DNA of 64,000 nt from positions 72,068 to 136,067 of the forward strand of contig JAGWWK010000002.1 of NCBI GenBank assembly GCA_018970425.1, given 5' to 3'. The DNA comes from Patescibacteria group bacterium (GTDB taxonomy: Bacteria > Patescibacteriota > Minisyncoccia > Phycocordibacterales > Phycocordibacteraceae). Shown here piece after piece: positions 58,847 to 64,000 of this stretch (its first letter is position 1; each line of letters opens with the position of its first letter). A program made the translations under genes and the position numbers. The notes under the pieces are model-generated. The model ran no database searches. It was not told where the DNA came from and saw only the letters and a program-made list of their open reading frames with translations.

Positions 58847-59221
58847 TTACATCATCTTTACGTCGACAGACACGCCAGACGGGAGTGAGAGGTTGGTAAG
58901 CGCGTCAACGATCTTTGGATTCGGATTGAGAATATCAATTACACGCTTGTGCGTGCGGATCTCGAACTGCTCCTGCGCGTTCTTAAAGATGAACGACGAG
59001 CGGAGCACTGAGAACTTCTTAAAATCAGTCGGTAGTGGCACTGGGCCAACTACCTGCGCGTCAAATCTGAGCGCTGTATCGATGATCTGCTTTACGGACT
59101 GGTCGAGCACTGAATGGTCGTAGCCACGCACGCGAAGCCTGAGCTTCGCGTGCGTGTCCGCTGCGACCTTAGTACCTTTCTTTGCGCGAGGCGCCTTCGT
59201 TGTCTTTGGTTCGGTTGCCAT
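58847..59221 (-). CDS. rpsJ: 30S ribosomal protein S10
   Basis: GPVPLPT, EQFEIRTHKR, LPSGV; Lys-rich N-terminal extension. Confidence 0.96.
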   Translation of the reverse strand: MATEPKTTKAPRAKKGTKVAADTHAKLRLRVRGYDHSVLDQSVKQIIDTALRFDAQVVGPVPLPTDFKKFSVLRSSFIFKNAQEQFEIRTHKRVIDILNPNPKIVDALTNLSLPSGVSVDVKMM

Positions 59222-59245
59222 AGTCGTTGGTCGCCTCACGTGCTG

Positions 59246-60451
59246 TTACGCAACAATCTTAGTAACGACGCCTGCGCCGACAGTCTTACCACCCTCGCGG
59301 ATAGCGAAGCGCATCTGCTCTTCCATCGCGACCGGTGCTACAAGTTTTACCTTGAATGTCACTGTGTCGCCCGGCATAACCATCTCGACACCATCTGCAA
59401 GAGTCACCTCGCCAGTTACGTCCGTTGTGCGGACATAGAACTGCGGCTTGTAACCCGAGAAGAATGGCGTGTGACGGCCTCCTTCCTCCTTAGAGAGGAT
59501 GTACACCTCTGCCTCGAAGTCGGTATGCGGAGTAACGCTGCCCGGCTTTGCAATCACTTGGCCACGGGTCACGTCTTCTTTCTTGGTGCCGCGTAGAAGG
59601 ATGCCTGCGTTGTCGCCGGCCATACCCTCCTGAAGTGACTTGTTGAACATTTCAATACCCGTGACAGTTGTCTTTGCCGTTGCCGCGAGGCCGACAATCT
59701 CAACTTCGTCGCCAACCTTGAGCGTACCGCGCTCAATACGACCGGTTACCACGGTGCCGCGGCCTTCAATCGAGAAGATGTCCTCGATAGGCATAAGGAA
59801 CGGCTTTGATGTATCGCGCTCAGGCTGTGGGATGTACTCATCAAGCGCCTTTGCAAGCTCCATGATCTTTTCAGTCCACTCGTCGGTCTTACCGGCAAGC
59901 GCTGACTCGAGCGCCTTGAGGCCTGAACCGCGGATGACCGGCGTATTCTTACCGTCAAAGCCCTGCTTCGTGAGAAGCTCGCGGATTTCCTCTTCGACGA
60001 GGTCGACGAGGTCGTTGTCTTGAACCATGTCTACCTTGTTGAGGAAGACAATGATGCGGGGCACGCCGACTTGGCGTGCGAGGAGGACGTGCTCGCGTGT
60101 TTGAGGCATTGCACCGTCAGTTGCGGCAACTACGAGTACCGCACCGTCCATTTGGGCGGCACCAGTAATCATGTTCTTGATGTAGTCAGCGTGACCAGGC
60201 GCGTCGATGTGCGCGTAGTGGCGCGTTGGTGTCTCGTACTCTGAGTGGGAAAGCGAGATGGTAATACCACGCGCCTTCTCTTCAGGCGCCTTGTCGATGT
60301 CATCAACACCCTTCACGGTCGCGGCGTAGCCGTTACCCGCTTTGTTGAGAACATTCAAGATAGCCGCAGTGAGCGTGGTCTTGCCGTGGTCAACGTGGCC
60401 AATGGTGCCTACGTTTACGTGCGGCTTCGTGCGGTCAAAGTTTCCTGCCAT
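59246..60451 (-). CDS. tuf: elongation factor Tu
   Basis: [33 protein letters not shown]; start moved to ATG 60451. Confidence 0.99.
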   Translation of the reverse strand: MAGNFDRTKPHVNVGTIGHVDHGKTTLTAAILNVLNKAGNGYAATVKGVDDIDKAPEEKARGITISLSHSEYETPTRHYAHIDAPGHADYIKNMITGAAQMDGAVLVVAATDGAMPQTREHVLLARQVGVPRIIVFLNKVDMVQDNDLVDLVEEEIRELLTKQGFDGKNTPVIRGSGLKALESALAGKTDEWTEKIMELAKALDEYIPQPERDTSKPFLMPIEDIFSIEGRGTVVTGRIERGTLKVGDEVEIVGLAATAKTTVTGIEMFNKSLQEGMAGDNAGILLRGTKKEDVTRGQVIAKPGSVTPHTDFEAEVYILSKEEGGRHTPFFSGYKPQFYVRTTDVTGEVTLADGVEMVMPGDTVTFKVKLVAPVAMEEQMRFAIREGGKTVGAGVVTKIVA

Positions 60452-60577
60452 AACTCTTTTAGTCTGATTATTAAGAATTAATTCAAACAACTGCTCCGTT
60501 TTGGTATGGAAGCCCGGAACCCGCTCCCTCCTGCCTGGTGTCCGCAGACAGAAAACACGCGTATAGCGTTACCGTGT

Positions 60578-60606
60578 ATACTACGCGACTACAATGAAAA
60601 GGTCAA
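60578..60606 (-). promoter_or_regulatory. promoter for tuf-S10 operon
   Basis: TTGACC-N17-TAGTAT, same hexamers as the rpsN promoter. Confidence 0.72.
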
Positions 60607-60693
60607 GAAATCTACTTCGGGGAGAGGGGCGCGAATATAGCGCTAGAATCTTAGCTATATCTTAGACTTCTCAAGTGACCATCAGGTGTGTGT

Positions 60694-61986
60694 TTACTGG
60701 TCATCGCAACGCCAGCCGGTTTGGCAGCCGTTTTGATCTTTAATCATGATGAGCGTGCCAGTGCAGAGAATAGGCGCAAACCCTATCGCAGGACACTTTG
60801 GCGCATCTATTTTAAGAAGCGGCGGTGCACTCGGACACTGCCACGACACGATGCACCCGTTTGCGTCTCTCACCGCGGTAGCCGCATCGCATGCAGGAAG
60901 TACTTGCGGCACATTTGCACACGCATCTTTCGGTTTCGTCACATTGTTCTGTCCAAGAGCGTCACAGCGCCATCCTGTTTGGCACCCGGCCGAGTCGCGT
61001 ACAATACTCAGCTGCCCATTGCAGGGACCGGGGATGTATTCAATGAGCGGACAGAGTGATGCCCCCTTCCCTGTACCTGGCTCAGTACACTGCCAGCCAG
61101 TTTGACAGCCATTTTGATCTCGCAGTGAGGTGAGCGTGCCACCACAGAGTGCTGGGGTAAACGCGACACTTGGACAGGAAACGCTCGCGCCAGTTGTTTT
61201 AGGTGCGGTGGAGGTTGGAATGCACTGCCAACCGCTCTGGCATCCGGCAGTGGTATAAGAAGGCACCCACGAACCCGAGCACGGCGTACCTGGCATAGTC
61301 CACTGAGTGGCAGGACAGACCGACGCAGCCGGTCGCGCATAACTGCCGGCACTACCCGCTCCTCCGGTCGTTGAGCTCGTTACTACGGTTATCTGCACGC
61401 TACAGGCGACCTGCGTACTTCGCCCATAAAATGTAAGTGTTTTACGAGTCGTCGTTGCAATGTCTGAAAACGAGCGCGTACCGGTCGCTGCCTCTCTCTC
61501 GCCAGAATCCCAGACGGCGTACGCGGCGTTCTCGCTCGTCCACGTAATTTTGACCTCTTGATTTTGCAAAATGCGGGACGGTGTCGCCGCCACTCTACAG
61601 GTGAGCGCAGACATACCGCTCCCCGGGGCAGTCCGCGGCTCTACTGCTCGCGTACCACCAGGGCACGCCGCAAGCATGACTGCGCGAGTCCGCGGACCAA
61701 AAACGCCAACCTGGGGCAACTTCTCCTCTTGTTGAAGTCGGACTATATACGAGCGCGTTAAAGGGCCAAAATACCCGGTAACGAGCGTGGAAGTTGCAAC
61801 GCCGTACCGCGTAGCAAGGAAAGATTGGAGTAGTGCTACATCGGCACTTCTCGAGCCAACAGCGAGACCTGGCGCAGGGACACGGCACTCAGTCAGTGCA
61901 ACCGGCACAGTCTCTGCGTATGCAGTAAGAGGACTTGACGCAAGCGTGACAAGAAAGAGCATTGCACTAGCAAGGAGCTGCTTCAT
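60694..61986 (-). CDS. exported protein: peptidoglycan-binding domain, Ig-like domain and five 4-Cys repeats
   Basis: signal peptide MKQLLAS...AYA; DVALLQSFL/TGYFGPLT/GVFGPRT; repeats C-x9/11-C-...-GC-x4-C. Confidence 0.85.
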   Translation of the reverse strand: MKQLLASAMLFLVTLASSPLTAYAETVPVALTECRVPAPGLAVGSRSADVALLQSFLATRYGVATSTLVTGYFGPLTRSYIVRLQQEEKLPQVGVFGPRTRAVMLAACPGGTRAVEPRTAPGSGMSALTCRVAATPSRILQNQEVKITWTSENAAYAVWDSGEREAATGTRSFSDIATTTRKTLTFYGRSTQVACSVQITVVTSSTTGGAGSAGSYARPAASVCPATQWTMPGTPCSGSWVPSYTTAGCQSGWQCIPTSTAPKTTGASVSCPSVAFTPALCGGTLTSLRDQNGCQTGWQCTEPGTGKGASLCPLIEYIPGPCNGQLSIVRDSAGCQTGWRCDALGQNNVTKPKDACANVPQVLPACDAATAVRDANGCIVSWQCPSAPPLLKIDAPKCPAIGFAPILCTGTLIMIKDQNGCQTGWRCDDQ

Positions 61987-62003
61987 AACCTGAGTATACC
62001 GCA

Positions 62004-62031
62004 ACGACCCGCGCCTTTCGGTGCGGGTCGT
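62004..62031. terminator. hairpin downstream of the fusA fragment
   Basis: ACGACCCGC-GCCTTTCGGT-GCGGGTCGT; no clear T-tract. Confidence 0.55.
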
Positions 62032-62054
62032 ATACGAACAGTGCATTTCTATTC

Positions 62055-62168
62055 CTACTTTCGCGCGGCCTTAATAGCCTCAGCAACGTTTGTCGGTACC
62101 ACTTCGTAGTGATCGAACTCCATAGTCCATGACGCACGACCCTCGGTCATAGAGCGAAGCTGCGTCGT
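62055..62168 (-). pseudogene. fusA: orphan C-terminal 37 codons of elongation factor G
   Basis: hand translation [37 protein letters not shown], matching the EF-G domain V end; frame is closed by TAG about 17 codons upstream. Confidence 0.9.
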
Positions 62169-62194
62169 AAGCGTGCCTCCCAAAGAGTCAAGCG

Positions 62195-64000
62195 TTACTG
62201 CTGAAATGGAGAATTCTCGCTACCGGGAACGAAGATTCTTTCGGTTACAGGCTTTTCTTGACACATAAGTCCGGTCAAACATCCATTCGCATCATACTTA
62301 GGCAGTGTCGTGCCAGTACATAAGACTGGTGTGTAGATCACCAGCGGACATGCAACTGGTTGCGGTACGGTAGGTGTCTGGACAGTCACCGTCACGGTTT
62401 TCTCTGCATACTGAGACCCATCTTTCGAGCTATTCGTACACCAGAGTCTGTACGCAGTCGTCACAGAAGGTGCGACGGTAAATGATCCGCTGCCGATCCA
62501 GAGCGAACTTGGCGTAATCGATGGGCCACTAGACCCAGTACCAGCGAAGATATAGCATCCGCCATTAGTCGTGCCTGTACTACTCCACGAGAGTACCGTC
62601 GACTGCCCGGGAGTAATCGACGTAGGCGAGGCACTGAACGCAGTAATAGTTGGTGCGACTACAGGAGGAACTGGCGGCTGAAGTGTGCTTGGTAACAAAG
62701 TGAACTGAATTGCATTTGACTGAGCGTAAACGGCGCCGGCAGTATTAGTGTGCCCGCATCCAAGTGAACTGCACTGCCGTAGCTGTGCGGTGAGCTCATA
62801 GAGGCCAGTATAATCAAGACCAGTAGGTCCAGTATTCCAATTGCGCGACCCGGTCCCTGATCCAGGGGTAGATACGATGTTTTCCCATGATCCACTGCTC
62901 ACCATGCCGGAAGGAGGATTTGACGGTTGAATGTTCTTTACCGTCAGCACAACTTGTGAGTTCTGTGGAGCGTTTGCATACGACCAAGAGATAGGGATAG
63001 GATTCCCTACAGTAATCACACTGCCTGATTGAGGACCGGAAAGCGTAACTGTCGTCGCTGCTGCAGCCGGAGGCATCACACTACTTGTGCGCGTATATGT
63101 AAGCCCTGTACCTGGCAGCCCAGGAACTCCATACCCATTAGTCCAGTCGTTCGTTGCAAATGTAGACGTTGTAGTCGAGTTAGGTGACCAGATAAAGTAT
63201 CCAGTATCAGTTTGCATCGCGAAGCTACCTGTGCCACTTGGCGATGTATCCCCACGTACAGTGGTGCTTACGCTACCTGACCCAGACACTTGCCCACGAA
63301 GTTCAAAGTATCGTGTAGCACCTGCGGGAATCTGTACTGGCTTAAGGAATATGTTTCCGAGTGCTCCGTACGTCGGTATTGACCCATCGCTTGCAGTGCC
63401 TGAGTTAGGAATGGAGTAATTACTGTCACTATACGCATGCAATTTAACATTCGTAACACTTACACCACTGATTCCAAGCGTGGCGTAGTAGCGCCCTAGA
63501 CTCACAGGCCCGCGCGAGTCGGCACTCACTTTAAAACGAAAGAGCCTGCCGTCGAGAAGTCCTGTGGGAGATAGAAGTGCATTGTCAGACGAAACAATAG
63601 GGAACGACTTCATAATGCGCACTCCTGCTGGGAAACCTGGCACACCAGCTGCTATTACTGTTGTTCCTGTCAGGCTCTGCCCTGTCGTGTCGCTAAAGCC
63701 TGTATCTACTCCTACCTGCACAAGGTGACCAGACACTGACACCGGCTCAGCAATACCAATCAGCGCAATGTCTCCCTTAATGGTAAGCACCAGACTCGTC
63801 CCTGCCTGAATGAATACGGACTGAGTGAGCGTGATCACGGTTCCGTAACTGTTTCCTAGGAATGACCCTTCGCCGACTTTCGTCGTCCCATTCCACAACG
63901 TTACTTTCTCTAGATCTGCCGGCACCGCCTGTGGTGTCGGGCCAGAGGCGAGGGCGAGTCGTACCTTCTGGAGCGTTACTGACTGACCGGTCGCCGTAAA
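62195..64000 (-). CDS. large S/T/G-rich surface (S-layer/adhesin-like) protein, 5' end outside window
   Basis: frame open to the window edge; beta-rich Ig-like modules; one C-terminal 4-Cys repeat [11 protein letters not shown]...[11 protein letters not shown]. Confidence 0.85.
   Translation of the reverse strand, partial: FTATGQSVTLQKVRLALASGPTPQAVPADLEKVTLWNGTTKVGEGSFLGNSYGTVITLTQSVFIQAGTSLVLTIKGDIALIGIAEPVSVSGHLVQVGVDTGFSDTTGQSLTGTTVIAAGVPGFPAGVRIMKSFPIVSSDNALLSPTGLLDGRLFRFKVSADSRGPVSLGRYYATLGISGVSVTNVKLHAYSDSNYSIPNSGTASDGSIPTYGALGNIFLKPVQIPAGATRYFELRGQVSGSGSVSTTVRGDTSPSGTGSFAMQTDTGYFIWSPNSTTTSTFATNDWTNGYGVPGLPGTGLTYTRTSSVMPPAAAATTVTLSGPQSGSVITVGNPIPISWSYANAPQNSQVVLTVKNIQPSNPPSGMVSSGSWENIVSTPGSGTGSRNWNTGPTGLDYTGLYELTAQLRQCSSLGCGHTNTAGAVYAQSNAIQFTLLPSTLQPPVPPVVAPTITAFSASPTSITPGQSTVLSWSSTGTTNGGCYIFAGTGSSGPSITPSSLWIGSGSFTVAPSVTTAYRLWCTNSSKDGSQYAEKTVTVTVQTPTVPQPVACPLVIYTPVLCTGTTLPKYDANGCLTGLMCQEKPVTERIFVPGSENSPFQQ

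Noticed and set aside
62169-62225. Programmed frameshift fusing the surface protein to the EF-G tail
   Set aside because: The frames overlap by only about 9 codons, with no evident slippery heptamer, and the fusion makes little functional sense; a recombination junction is simpler.

Overview
Chromosomal window of a Patescibacteria (CPR, Parcubacteria-like) genome using genetic code 11. The assignment is inferred from gene style, the missing L30 gene, the many pilins and near-absent Shine-Dalgarno sites. Contents in order: tRNA-fMet; gatA/gatC/ligA; a type IV pilus/competence cluster (pilins, pilD, pilC, pilT, receiver, pilB, pilO/N/M, comF); a MacAB-like ABC exporter; a DUF2779-type nuclease; tspO; tRNA-Ser; DJ-1; recG; tRNA-Ile with a UAU anticodon; ftsH; two GtrA-like genes; smpB-tmRNA; an unknown cluster of three genes behind a structured leader RNA; infC-rpmI-rplT; a beta-CASP nuclease; 6S RNA; ndk; a VirD4-like ATPase; and map-adk-gmk-secY with the spc/S10 clusters and tuf. 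The translation superoperon is interrupted three times: by a phospholipase-like gene plus membrane partner, by a RAYT transposase, and by Cys-repeat surface proteins. Each interruption is followed by a fresh sigma70-like promoter. Top leads: (1) an orphan 37-codon 3' end of fusA sandwiched between two surface-protein genes that share a 4-Cys repeat; (2) a candidate new riboswitch/attenuator upstream of a possibly BshC-like enzyme and a PLP racemase; (3) tRNA-Ile(UAU); (4) antisense tails that pair with the 3' ends of tRNA-Ser and tmRNA. All family calls are by motif recognition; no database searches were run.
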